From: Octopus sinensis
Lineage: Eukaryota
DNA: 64,000 nucleotides
Reading direction: 5' to 3'
NCBI RefSeq assembly: GCF_006345805.1
Contig: NC_043023.1
Coordinates: 10,850,001-10,914,000 of the forward strand
Both the position numbers and the translations under genes were made by a program. Below, in pieces: positions 1 through 11,470 of this stretch; within the stretch, counting starts at the first letter, position 1; each line of letters opens with the position of its first letter. The notes under the pieces were generated by a model. It did not search any database and was not told the DNA's origin. It saw only the letters and a program-made list of their open reading frames with translations.

Positions 1-2
1 AT

Positions 3-752
3 GTTTGTGGTAAATTTTTCTCTGTGAATCATCACTTAACTAAACACAAACGTATTCATACAGGAGAGAAGCCGTATCAATGCGATGTCTGTGGCAAATC
101 GTTTTCTCAAACTCATCACTTGACCGAACACAAACACATTCATACAGGAGAGAAACCATATCACTGTGAAACCTGTGGTAAATCATTCTCTAAGAGCAGC
201 AACCTAACTTGTCACATGCGCATTCACGCAGATGAGAAGATATATGAATGCGATATCTGTGGTAAATCATTCACCTTAAAAAGTACCTTAAATATCCACA
301 TACGCATTCATACAGGATATAAGCCATATCACTGTGATATCTGTGATAAATTATTCTCTCGAAGTCATAACTTAGTCGAACATAAGCGTATTCATACAGG
401 AGATAAACCCCATTGCTGTGACATCTGTAATAAATCATTTTCTACAAGTAGTAACTTGAGTAAACACAAACAGAGTCATACTGGAGATAAACCATATCAC
501 TGTGACATCTGCGATAAATCATTTTCTAGGAGTAATAGCTTAAGTAAACACATACGCATCCATACAGGAGAGAAACCACATGGCTGTGACATCTGTGGTA
601 AATCATTCTCTCAGAAAGGTAATTTGACGAAACACAAACTCACTCATTTGGAAGTAAAACCACATCGCTGTGATATCTGTGGTAAATCATTCTCCGGAGA
701 TCAGACTTTAATTGAACATAAACAAAGCCATACAGAAGAGAAGACAGATTGA
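3..752 (+). CDS. C2H2 zinc-finger protein, 3' part (8 complete fingers plus 1 partial; ORF open at the left window edge)
   Basis: Repeating CxxC-x12-HxxxH fingers with TGEKP-type linkers. The frame is open from base 3 (VCGKFFSVNHHLTKH...) to TGA at 750-752. Confidence 0.95.
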   Translation, partial: VCGKFFSVNHHLTKHKRIHTGEKPYQCDVCGKSFSQTHHLTEHKHIHTGEKPYHCETCGKSFSKSSNLTCHMRIHADEKIYECDICGKSFTLKSTLNIHIRIHTGYKPYHCDICDKLFSRSHNLVEHKRIHTGDKPHCCDICNKSFSTSSNLSKHKQSHTGDKPYHCDICDKSFSRSNSLSKHIRIHTGEKPHGCDICGKSFSQKGNLTKHKLTHLEVKPHRCDICGKSFSGDQTLIEHKQSHTEEKTD

Positions 753-954
753 TGTGACATCTGAGTCAATAATTCCCTTGAAATTTTCATTTAACTAAAC
801 ACCAACACGTTCGTACGGTGGAGAAGCCATATCAATGTAATGACTGATAAATCCTTCTCTCACAGGAGGCAGTTGCTCGCATGTGTTGTCATACAGAAGA
901 ATAACAGTGTTAAAATCAAAAGTCATTCCATGAAAGTACTATCTTGTATATTTA

Positions 955-1310
955 AGGTGGCAAGCTGGCAGAATCGTTAGCACGCCGGGCGAAATGCTTA
1001 GCGGTATTTCGTCTGCTGTTATGTTGTGAGTTCAAATTCCGCTGAGGTGGACTTTGCCTTTCATCCTTTCGGGGGTCGATAAATTAAGTACCAGTTACGC
1101 ACTGGGGTCGATGTAATCAACTTAATCCCTTTGTCTGGCCTTATTTGTCCCTTCTGTGTTTAGCCCCGTGGTTGTAGTAAAAAATAGGTATTTCGTCTGC
1201 TGTTACATACCAGTTACGCACTGGGGTCGATATAATCAACTTAATCCATTTGTCTGTCCTTGTTTGTCCTCTCTGTGTTTAGCCCATTATGGGTAGTAAA
1301 GAAATAAGTA
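955..1310 (+). mobile_element. tRNA-derived SINE, family B, with a partial tandem repeat of its tail
   Basis: Head GGTGGCAAGCTGGCAGAATCGTTAGC...GAGTTCAAATTCC (A/B-box-like) and body GACTTTGCCTTTCATCCTTTCGGGGTCGATAAATTAAGTACCAG. Further copies near 7850-8190, 33865-34060, 53495-53935(-), 55700-55945(-), 60795-61020(-) and 62545-62775(-). Confidence 0.8.
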
Positions 1311-1539
1311 TTACCTTGTATATAACAATGAATGCATTTACACATGAAAGAAGATATGACAGCATGTGAGAACAACCTCCTAACCACAATTATGTATATA
1401 CAAATGCTGGGATTATTCATCATAGAGGATGGCCATTAAGGGGTCAAATCTGTATGGTCTAGTGGTCTTGGCACTAAAAAAATAGGAGTTCTCTCTTTGC
1501 CAGCGTTATATATCAAGTGCAGAGTACACTGAATAACCA

Positions 1540-1725
1540 GCTGGGGGTAAAATAGCAATATCGTTCATTCCTAGGGGACGTCTGTGTTTAGGTAGTTTTT
1601 TCAAGACTTATACACACCCTGATACCATCGATATCTACATATCAAATTTGAGCGCAATCGGATGGAAGATGCCCAAGATCCTAGAAGACGCACAAACAGA
1701 ACGGATTTTATATAATATATGAGAT
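1540..1725 (-). mobile_element. Helitron-like non-autonomous fragment
   Basis: AAATTTGAGCGCAATCGG...CACAAACAGA..TTTTATATAATATATGAGA resembles the TC-start end of the other Helitron-like copies. The CTAG end was not found. Confidence 0.4.
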
Positions 1726-1746
1726 CTCATGCAAATACCCTATTAA

Positions 1747-2795
1747 CCCATTCGTTACTATATTTCTGACCAAAATACACCCCTCGTGAGTTTCAATTAA
1801 ATTCTAAAATAATCATGAATCTAGGCTTGTTACATTAAATAACTATAATTTTTTTTACTTATCAACATATTAATGTGATATTTAGAACATAATTAAAGAA
1901 TGGGTTTTTAATCAATTCTATTGCATAACTTTTGTCTCAAAGTGACTTTAATTACAGGTAAATTGAGCAAAAGGTAAAAATGTTAAAATTTTGTTTAAAC
2001 ATCACCATAGAAAATGAATCATCAGCTAATATTCAAATGGGTATGCAACAAAATTTTGATAAAGAAGAATTGTGCACATAACTATATCATCAGTTGAATT
2101 TAATGCACAACAGGTGTACCATAAAGGTGGAATAAAGTGAAATACTAGAATCCACCGCAAGTTTGACTGAACTAAAGAAATCGGTCAAAAAATAATATAC
2201 GGCCCTGGTTATGGTATGGAAGTGATAAATTCCAGACCACATCGTTCCCTAGGCCATGCTGACTAACATTATTTTCCCTGTATAAAAACTAAATCCACGC
2301 AGTACCCAGTATTTGCTTCACAAATTTTCCGAAATTTGAACCCCCATTTTGTGTTTGTTTACATTCTGCGTAAGTTTGTTTCCACATTGATCGCTTCAAA
2401 CAACTTCCAGACCACATCATACCCTAAACCATGCTGACTAACATTAGTTTCCCCGTATAAAAACTAAATCCACAACAGTACCCAGTATTTGTTTCACAAA
2501 TTTTCCAATTCGGAATCAATGCTTGATAACATGAAACTCCTATCTATTTTCAAAGTTGAAGAAAAATCGATGCCGAAAAAATCTCCCAAAATTCAGGGAA
2601 TTAAAATTACACGTCGATCGTTGTACAAAACTGTAGATGAACTGTTTACGAAGTATAATCACGTGTTTACACGAATGTACTAAAGAGATTTGCTCTGATA
2701 TTCTCATTTAAATATGACTAGGTAAATTTGGGCGGTTTGGTCACATTAACCAAAATTTTTTTCGGGCGGCTTTGGGCAGTTTGGTAACGAAAGGG
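1747..2795. mobile_element. piggyBac-like (TTAA) non-autonomous element
   Basis: TTAA|CCCATTCGTTAC ... GTAACGAAAGGG|TTAA gives a 12-bp TIR (11/12 match) with TTAA on both sides. There is an internal ~100-bp duplication (2230-2330 / 2405-2510) and no transposase ORF. Confidence 0.75.
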
Positions 2796-3099
2796 TTAAG
2801 GTTTTATGAAATATTCTCTTATGATTTATGGAGTTGTATCTAGCATAATAATGGTACAGTGAAGTTTATGCTAGTAGATCATCTAACTTAAGTTAGATTG
2901 CCCCTTACTTTTGACAGATTCTCTTTTGTGCTACATGATTTCTAGCAACTCTTCACAGAAGACAATTCTGGTGAGAAAATCAACTTCAGTCCCAGATGAT
3001 CCATGAATGCAACAGGTTGTGCTGGATGTCATGTTACCAGTAGTAACCTGATAATTCTATCATCTACACCTGTAAATAAACACCGATATTTTTATTTAA

Positions 3100-3320
3100 C
3101 CCTTTCATTACTGTATTAATTTTGAGATGTTCTGTGTTTCTTTCAATTAATTTTAAATATAACAAAGAATTTAGTAAAATAATATCGTTATCATTAAGCT
3201 AGTGTTAGGAACATAAATTGTGACTTAGGTTTGGTGGGAGATCTTAATTCAAAACTTATGAAAACAAGATATTTGTACTCAGTGCCAGAGCCGGTTTCAG
3301 CCGGGTTGGTCATGAAAGGG
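3100..3320. mobile_element. TTAA-flanked MITE (221 bp)
   Basis: TTAA|CCCTTTCATTAC...GTCATGAAAGGG|TTAA. The same family occurs in the opposite orientation at 36808-37028 and 37061-37272. Confidence 0.8.
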
Positions 3321-4122
3321 TTAACCTTGTTATGGTGAAACAAATGCCTAAGATTACTGGAATTATTTTTAAACATAAATGCAATGTGGTTCTCTGACCT
3401 ATCTAGGTAAGCAGTAACCCTGAATACATTCAGACACCAACCACATCAGCTTAGTAAGCAGATGTAATATGTTGATGGTGATGTGCAGTTTTTTAAAGTT
3501 CCTTCTTTAGAGCTGTGTAAATGAATGCTGGGCTGAATTTTAAAAAAATGACTATTGTGAGTGAGAGGAGTCAACTGTTGCCTCTTACAAGGAGAGGAAA
3601 CTTGTCCCCTGCAAGTGAGAGGGATCAACAAATAATCCATGCAAATGGGGGTTCTCTACAACAAGTGAGAGACTTTATGCATAATTTCTTAGATTTATGA
3701 GTTAATTCCCATTTTGTTCTTGTACAAATTTTATCATTTTATAACTCTAGTATCATAAACGATAAAATTATTCTGTAAAAAACATCTTTGTTGAAATTTA
3801 TTTCTCTTCTCAGATGTGTCTTTCATTTTTGGTTTTCTTTGCATGTCTTTTTTCTTTTTTAGGTTGTTTTTCTGATGCAGAATTTTACTACAAAGTTTGG
3901 TAATACATGTATAACTTTCGTTCTGTGTATGGCAAAATTAATCTGTTGAAACAGAAAAGGAAAATGTTTGTTTTCTGATAAACTTATTGTCAGTGCGTTC
4001 TGTGAGAGTGTGATGATTCTGAAGTACATTTTATGATTATTTTAGCTGTATCATGATTTGTCACCCACGAGTCATCTACTGATCAAAGCTTCTTTAAATA
4101 AGCAGCAAACTTTTCAGGATTC

Positions 4123-4640
4123 AACAATTGCAGCATGGAAGGTGTTTATAAGCCATTTAAGAAACACACAAAAGCCGTTCGATTCACTTCAACATTTCAG
4201 TTTAATTTGTCAAAATATTTTCGTCGCTTTAAGACCGCGACCTGTTCACTGACAAAATTCCATGCTATATATATATATATATATATATACATACTAAGTA
4301 ATTAAGGGTTTAGCAACGATTTGCCTCACCACACACCGAATTTAGAAATAGCAGTCAAAGAGTTTTGGCTATTCTTTATACTTAAAAGTAGAAAGAATAT
4401 CCAAAACTCTTTGACTGCTATTTCTAAATTCGGTGTGTGGTGAGGCAAATCGTTGCTAAACCCTTAATTACTTAGTATGTGTGTATATATATATATAGCA
4501 TGGAATTTTGTCAGTGAACAGGTCGCGGTCTTAAAGCGACGAAAATATTTTGACAAATTAAACTTAAATGTTGAAGTGAATCGAACGGCTTTTGTGTGTT
4601 TCTTAAATGACTTATAAACACCTTCCACGCTGCAATTGTT
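4123..4640. repeat. Near-perfect fold-back palindrome (~250-bp arms, almost no loop)
   Basis: AACAATTGCAGCATGGAAGG... at 4123 is the reverse complement of ...CCTTCCACGCTGCAATTGTT ending at 4640. There are only a few substitutions between the arms. A third, single-arm copy lies at ~5880-6075. Confidence 0.9.
4507..4557 (+). ncRNA. Candidate variant type I hammerhead ribozyme (G3:C8 core)
   Basis: TTTGTCA|GTGAACA|G|GTCGC-ggtcttaaa-GCGAC|GAAA|ATATTT|TGACAAA. Stem I is 7 bp, stem II is 5 bp, and stem III is a palindrome. Mirror copies are at 4206-4256(-) and 6016-6066(-). Confidence 0.45.
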
Positions 4641-4837
4641 TTCGTTTCAGCACACGATCTCAGATCAAGTCACTTGCTATGCAGGTACATCTCCGTAATT
4701 TTCAATATTCCCCCCCAATATATATATGTTTAAGTAATTTTTTTTTTAAACAAATTAACAAAGAATAATTTTGTGATTGGTGATATAATTCTATCACACA
4801 TGCACACATTTATATATGTACTACCTGGCCTTTGAAG

Positions 4838-5175
4838 GTGCATGGCTCAGTGGTTACAGCGTCAAGCCTATGATTGTGAGGTTGTGAGTTCGAATCCCGG
4901 ACCGAGCTGCATGTTGTGTTCTTGAGCAAGACATGTTATTTCATGTTGCTCCAGTTCACTCAGCCGTAGAAATGAGTTGTGATGTCACAGGTGCCAAGCT
5001 ATATCGGCCCCTTTGCCTTTTCCTTGGATAACGTCAGTGGCGTGGAGAGAGGAAGCTGGTATGCATGGGCGACTACTGGTCTTCCATAAACAACCTTGCC
5101 CAGACTTGTGCCTCGGAAGGAAACTTTCTAGGTGCAATCCCACGGTCAGTCATGACCGAAGAGGGTCTCAGTAAC
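4838..5175 (+). mobile_element. tRNA-derived SINE with CORE-like central domain (family C)
   Basis: GGTGCATGGCTCAGTGGTTA...GAGTTCGAATCCC head, then TTCTTGAGCAAGACA...CACTCAGCCGTAGAAATGAG. Related copies near 16840-17090(-), 22275-22535(-), 38950-39155 and 42820-43065. Confidence 0.7.
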
Positions 5176-5629
5176 CTGGCCTTTGCTCTGATCTGTATGA
5201 TAATACCCATTTTCCTTACAAAAACAGTTGTTAAAAGGTATATGAATATTATGTAACATAATTTTAAAGTTTATTTAGAATATCTAAATGCAGAAATATA
5301 CATAATAATAGGGAAATGTATTGTATGAAAATTATTAAACATTTACAGAGCTTCAGTGTATGCAATGTTTTTGATAGATGAAAATAACAGGTAAAACATT
5401 TTGGTCACTTTGAACAGGTAAAATATTTCAGTCAGTTTGAACAAGTAAAATATTTAGGCTTGAACAGATGAAAATAAAACAGGTAAGAATGGGTCAGTTT
5501 GAAGTTAAAAGTATTTAGGCCTGAACAAGTAAAATATTTTGTTCATTTTGAACAGGTAAAATATTTAGGCTTGATATGGATGGTCTGAATGCTAAAGAGT
5601 TAATTTATACTTAAAGCAACTCATTTAAG

Positions 5630-5855
5630 ATAGCTGTCTGACTAGCAGTGTGAAGCGGCTGACCTCCCTTGTTCGAAGGTTCTAATGGACACAGTTTGTG
5701 TGTCAAATCTTAAGGCGATGGCCTCATGGAGCTAATCAACGACAGCTTTTAGTCTTATATCTATAAGACTGCCATATTAATATGGCGATAACAATTAATT
5801 TCCAGTAGCGCTACCGTAATCTCTTGTGGAGAGACTAAGAAATTTTAATGTTTCT
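5630..5855. repeat. Dispersed hairpin-rich repeat (second copy at 26715-26945)
   Basis: GTCTGACTAGC..GTGAAGCGGCTGACCTCCC..GACTGCCATATTA(A/G)TATGGCGATAAC is shared between the two loci. Confidence 0.7.
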
Positions 5856-6639
5856 ATTATATATATATATATATATATATTATGGAGATGTACTTGCATA
5901 GCAAGTGATTTGATCTGGGATCGTGTACTGGAATGAAAACAATTGCAGCGTGGAAGGTGATTGTAAGCCATTTAAGAAACACACAAAAGCCGTTCGATTC
6001 ACTTTAACATTTAAATTTGTCAAAATATTTTCGTCGCTTTAAGACCACGACCTGTTCACTGACAAAAATCCATGCTGCACGTTGTGAGTGTTTATTGAGC
6101 GAAAACACCTAAAAGCTCCACGAGGCTCCGTATTCTTTCCCCACTCTTTCTTCTGTTGGCCTGCTCGCTTAGCCAGCGGGGTGGCATTATTCAAAGGCTT
6201 AAACAATGCGAATGCATTGTGACCAGCGATGTGTAACAACATCTGATGGTCTGGTCAGTCACGTGATATATATATGTGTGTGTGTGTGTGTGTGTTAGTC
6301 CCCCCAACATCGCTTGACAACCGATGGTGGTGTGTTTACATCCCCGTAACTTAGCAGTTCGGCAAAAGAGACTGATTGAATAAGTACTAGGCTTACAAAG
6401 AATAAACCTTGGGTCGATTTGCTCGACAAAAGGTGGTGCTCCAGCATAGCTGCAGTCAAATGACTGAAACAAGTAAAAGAGAATATGCATATATATACAT
6501 ATGTGTGTGACAGTGTATACGTATGTGTGAATCTGTGACTGTGTTTGTATTTGTATCTGTTTTTATTCCCCCACTACCACTTGACAACCAATGTAGGTAT
6601 GTTTACGTTCCCCTAATCTGTGTGGAAGCACTCCGTCGG

Positions 6640-7010
6640 TTACAACGACGAGGGTTCCGGTTGATCCGAATCAACGGAACAGCCTGCTCGTGAATTTAAC
6701 GTGTAAGTGGCTGAGCACTCCACAGACACGTGTACCCTTAACGTAGTTCTCGGGGATATTCAGCGTGTGATACACAGAGAGTGGACAAGGCCGGCCCTTT
6801 GAAATACAGGTACAAGTGAAACAGGAAGTAAGAGTGAGAGAAAGTTGCGGTGAAAGAGTACAGCAGGGATCACCCCCATCCCCTGCCAGAGCCTCGTGGA
6901 GCTTTAGGTGTTTTCGCTCAATAAACACTCACAACGCCCGGTCTGGGAATTGAAACAGCGATCCTACGACCGCGAGTCCACTGCCCTAACCACTGGGCCA
7001 TTGCGCCTCC
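6640..7010 (-). mobile_element. tRNA-derived SINE (family D)
   Basis: Minus-strand head AGGCGCAATGGCCCAGTGGTTAGGGCAGTGGACTCGCGGTCGTAGGATCG...TTCAATTCCC. Other copies near 6078-6270, 8690-8975, 12945-13165, 49770-49870 and 55040-55340. Confidence 0.75.
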
Positions 7011-7404
7011 TGTAATCTATGGACTCGACAAAAGAAAACTGTGAGACCGAGTGCCAGGCTTCGACAGAAAATTAGCACTGGAGGCGATTCATTTGACTAA
7101 AACTGCTTCAATGCCCATGCATGGTCACAGTCTGATTACTGAAAAAAATAGAAGAGTTAATGTTCAAATAAGCAGCCAAATCAAGGACATTATGTATATT
7201 GAAAACAATAGACGCAACTCACACGACACACCCAAGATTCTTCAACAAAGACGATATTGAACAATATATTGCCCTAAAAACTGGTTTATTATATTTAGTA
7301 GACATTGCATTGTAGCATTGCAGTGTTGTTACACGATGGGGCATGGCCGATTAGTGAAATGCATTGTGTAACAGGAAGATTGAGACCATTTAAATAGCTT
7401 TCAT

Positions 7405-7800
7405 CATCATCATCATCATCATCGTTTAACGTCTGCTTTCCATGCTAGCATGGGTTCAACTGGGGTCTGGGGAGCCCGAAGGCTGCACCAGGCCAGTCAG
7501 ATCTGGCAGTGTTTCTACATCTGGATGCCCTTCCTAACGCCAACCACTCCGAGAGTGTAGTGGGTGATTTTATGTGCCACCGACACAGGTGCCAGACGAG
7601 GCTGGCGAACGGCCACGCTCGGATGGTGTTTTTTATGTGCCACCGACACAGGTGCCAGACGAGGCTGGCGAACGGCCACGATCGGATGGTGTTTGTTACG
7701 TGCCCACAGCATGGAGGCCAGTCGATGCGGTACTGGCTACGGCCACGTTCGGATGGTTTTCTTATGTGCCACTGGCACTGGTACCACAAAGATACAAATT
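7405..7800 (-). mobile_element. SINE-like repeat with (GAT)n tail (family E)
   Basis: The minus strand contains GGCGTTAGGAAGGGCATCCAG(C/A)TGTAGAAACACTGCC and ends ...GGAAAGC(A/G)GACGTTAAACGATGATGATG. It has an internal ~59-bp duplication. Copies at 10556-10810, 46320-46690(+), 47390-47615(+), 57595-57830 and 59290-59520. Confidence 0.7.
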
Positions 7801-8204
7801 CCATTGATGTTCATCTATTTTGATTTGGTTATTATAATTATATCTTTCGTTAGGTTCTGAGTTCAAATTCCGCCGAGGTCGACTTTGCCTTTCATCCTTT
7901 CGGGGTCGATAAATAAAGTACCAGTTTCCCACTGGGGTCGATGTAATCGACTTAATTCCTTTGTCTGTTCTTGTTTGTCCCCTCTATGTTTAGCCCTTTG
8001 TGGGTAATAAGGAAATGGGTATTTCGTCTGCCGTTGCGTTGTGAGCTCAAATTCCGCTGAGGTCGACTTTGCCTTTCATCCTTTCGGTGTTGATAAAGTA
8101 CCAGTTTCCCACTGGGGTTGATGTAATCGACTTAATCCCTTTGTTTGTTCTTGTTTGTCCCCTCTGTGTTTAGCCCCTTGTGGGTAATAAAGGAATACAT
8201 TTAA

Positions 8205-8414
8205 CCCTTTAGCATTCAAACCGGCCAAAATATTTAACCTGTTTTATATTGAAACTGACCAGATCTTGCCTCTCACCTCAGCCCTACCATGTCATTCTAA
8301 AACTAAAAAATAGCATCACTGAAATCTCTAAACTACAAGATAATGCATGATTAATTCAAACCATTTTAAATAAACAAACATCACATTTGACTGAATAATC
8401 TGAACACTAAGGGG
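8205..8414. mobile_element. TTAA-flanked MITE
   Basis: TTAA|CCCTTTAGCATTCA...TGAACACTAAGGGG|TTAA. Confidence 0.7.
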
Positions 8415-8646
8415 TTAAATATCTTTATTATAATTGGTATCAGTAAAATGTATGTTCGAACATGCACACACATGTGTACATATATACATCACCACGAAGT
8501 ATTTATACATATACTCTTTTAGTTGTTTCAGTCATTTGACTGCGGCCATGCTGGAGCACCGCCTTTAGTCAAGCAAATCGACCCCAGGATATATTCTATC
8601 GGTCTCTTTTATATGTGTATGTATATATGTATGTATGTATATATAT

Positions 8647-8692
<46 letters not shown>

Positions 8693-9046
8693 GTTAGGGC
8701 AGTGGACTCGCAGTCGTAGGATCATGGTTTCGATTCCCAGACCGAGCGTTGTGAGTTTATTGAGTGAAAACACCTAAAGCTCCACAAGGCTCCAGCAGGG
8801 GGTGGTGGTGATCCTTGCTGTACTCTTTCACCACAACTTTCTCTCACTCTTTCTTCTGTTGGCCTGCTCACTTAGCCAGCGGGGTGGCGTCATTTGAAGG
8901 CTAAAACAATGTGAAGCGCCTTGTGACCAGCGATGTATAGCAACATCTGATAGCCTGGTTGGTCACGGTGATATATATGTATACAAAATGGGGGCAGGAA
9001 CGCAAAACAACCAGACAGGTGATACAAGAAAGGGACAACAAAACAT

Positions 9047-9750
9047 CAATGTTTATTCAAACACATTTTGTGATGTCAGGTGCGAAAATACCTTAAGCTA
9101 AGCCTGAAAGCAATGAAGTTATGGATGATTCTTTTATGACTTCATTGCTTTCAGGCTTAGCTTAAGGTATTTTCACGCCCGACATCACAAAATGCGTCTG
9201 AATAAACATTGCCGGACAGCAAATAGAGTCTCGGACATTACTTAGAAAATATATGAATTTTTAACCTCATATATAATACGCAGGGGATTTTTAGGGGGCT
9301 GTGCCTCTGAAAAACCTAAACGTTGTGTATAATACACAGCCCTTCTCTAACTTGAGTCAATAAGGTCTATATAACGTCCTTGGTTTGTAAAAATGTATAC
9401 GGTAACGTCCTTTATTATTATTGTATATATAACATAATGCAAACGTGTAGCTTTTTTGTGCATTTTGTTTGCAGAAAATAAAGAAATAACAGTAATAACG
9501 TTTAATAAATGTTGCTTACTGCAAGTTATGGATGATTCTTTTATGACTTCATTGCTTTCAGGCTTAGCTTAAGGTATTTTCGCGCCTGACATCACAAAAT
9601 GCGTCTGAATAAACATTGCTGGACAGCAAATAGAGACTCGGCCATTACTTAGAAAATATTTTTCATTTTTAACCTCGTATATAGGACGCACTAGGGATTT
9701 TGATCTTTAAATTTTGGGAAAAAGTACGGATTATACTCGAGGATTTACGG
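9047..9750. mobile_element. Rearranged pogo/Tigger-like MITE copy with a local inverted duplication
   Basis: Shares its body with 11950-12522 and retains the right TIR CGGATTATACTCGAGGATTTACGG. 9047-9119 is the reverse complement of 9139-9211. Confidence 0.65.
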
Positions 9751-9959
9751 TTTTTATATTTCAATGATCTTTTTCAAAAAGAAATTTTTGTAGGTGACAC
9801 ATGCAAATATGGATTAGGTTTCCATTTCATTTCTGGCAGATATGGGAATATTCTCAAATGCCTTTGAACTTCATAAAACCGAGGTCATTCTAAAAACTGA
9901 CCTCCTGAAATTGTATTGTTGTTTAAACAATGTTTTCGAAGTTAAAATTTTAAACCATA

Positions 9960-10256
9960 CTAGCAGTATCGCCCAGCGTTGCTCGGATTTGTAAGGGAAA
10001 TAACTATATAAGCATTTTTAGAGAGTTACTTCCCTTATATAACCCAAGCAAAAATGCATTAAAAATGCGGAAAAATGATGGTAAATTTTTTTTTAAATCG
10101 TAGACGTGCGCTAATACCCAGAAGAGCTCAATATGAATGACGACTATAAGATACCCGCTTTTGGTTAAACTGCACCGCAAAATGTAGGAGTTGTTAGGAA
10201 CCTAAATCAGAGGAGACAGAGTCTCACACACACAACTTCAATTTTATATATAAAGA
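9960..10256 (-). mobile_element. Non-autonomous Helitron
   Basis: Minus strand A|TCTTTATATATAAAA...CCGAGCAACGCTGGGCGATACTGCTAG|T shows a TC 5' end, a subterminal hairpin, a CTAG 3' end and an AT target. Confidence 0.85.
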
Positions 10257-11274
10257 TTTTTCAAACAATGTATGTTTATCTGTAGGCATTTGTGTGTCTA
10301 TGCATTTTGCATGCAACTGTTTATATACCTATAGATTTACTGGCGTATGAAACACACATTGTCCTTCTATAAAAGGCCAAGGGACATTTGATAAAATAAG
10401 AACAGTAATAAACGAGTGAAGGACGAAAATATTGTGCGTGTGCTTATTTGGGAAAGAAGGAAAAATGACCGTCCCAAAATATAATATCACAATATATTCG
10501 TTTTTCGTTTTTCTTGTTTCAGCTCAGAGCTGCGGCCATGCTGATGCACCGCCATTTATCATCATCATCATCATCATCATCGTTTAACGTCCGCTTTCCA
10601 TGCTAGCATGGGTTGGATGGTTCAACTGGGGTCTGGGAAGCCAGGAGGCTGCACCAGGCTCCAGTCTGATCTGGCAGTGTTTCTACAGCTGGATGCCCTT
10701 CCTAACGCCAACCACTCCGTCAGTGTAGTGGGTGCTTTTTACGTGCCACCGCCACAGGTGCTATGAGAGGCTGGCAAACGGCCACGATCAGTTGGTGCTT
10801 TTTACGTGCCGATATATACATATAAAACAAGAAAAGAAAATTTATAATTATTTATTATTAACAAATTGGTCATATTCGCTTCTTACAACCGTTTCAATTA
10901 ATTCTCAATAATTTAATTACAGATTTGTACATTAAATTTACGTTTATGTGACTTGAGCATAAGTTCATCAGAGGGAAAAAGATGTACGTTTGGATGTTAT
11001 ATGTGGGTCTATCAATTCATTACAGCAAACTCTGAGTCTGCTATAATAATTTGATAAGCCCACATATAATTTCATCAGAGGTAAAAAAAAAAAAAAGTAC
11101 CTTTGGATGTTTAATGTGGGCTTTGTGTGGAAAGTAGCTTGCTTACCAACCACATGGTTCCGGGTTCAGTACCACTGCATAACACCTTGGGCAAGTGTTT
11201 TCTACTATAGCCTTCGGCCGACCAAAGCCTTGTGAGTGAATTTGGTAGACGGAAACTGAAAGAAGCCTGTCGTA

Positions 11275-11365
11275 TCTATCTATCTATCTATCTGTCTATC
11301 TATCTACTTATCTATCTATCTATCTACTTATCTATCTATCCATCCATCCATCTATCTATCTACCC

Positions 11366-11455
<90 letters not shown>

Positions 11456-11470
11456 ATATATATATATACT
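11275..11470. repeat. (TATC)n microsatellite
   Basis: Direct reading. Confidence 0.95.

Noticed and set aside
2908-3070. Candidate minus-strand non-coding exon (TTACAG|...|GTAAGG)
   Set aside because: Splice-like motifs alone are common in AT-rich DNA; there is no ORF or linked exon evidence.
4838-4905. tRNA-like sequences at SINE heads (also 6940-7010, 42820-42885, 55040-55095)
   Set aside because: They have A/B boxes but no complete cloverleaf or acceptor stem, and continue into SINE bodies.
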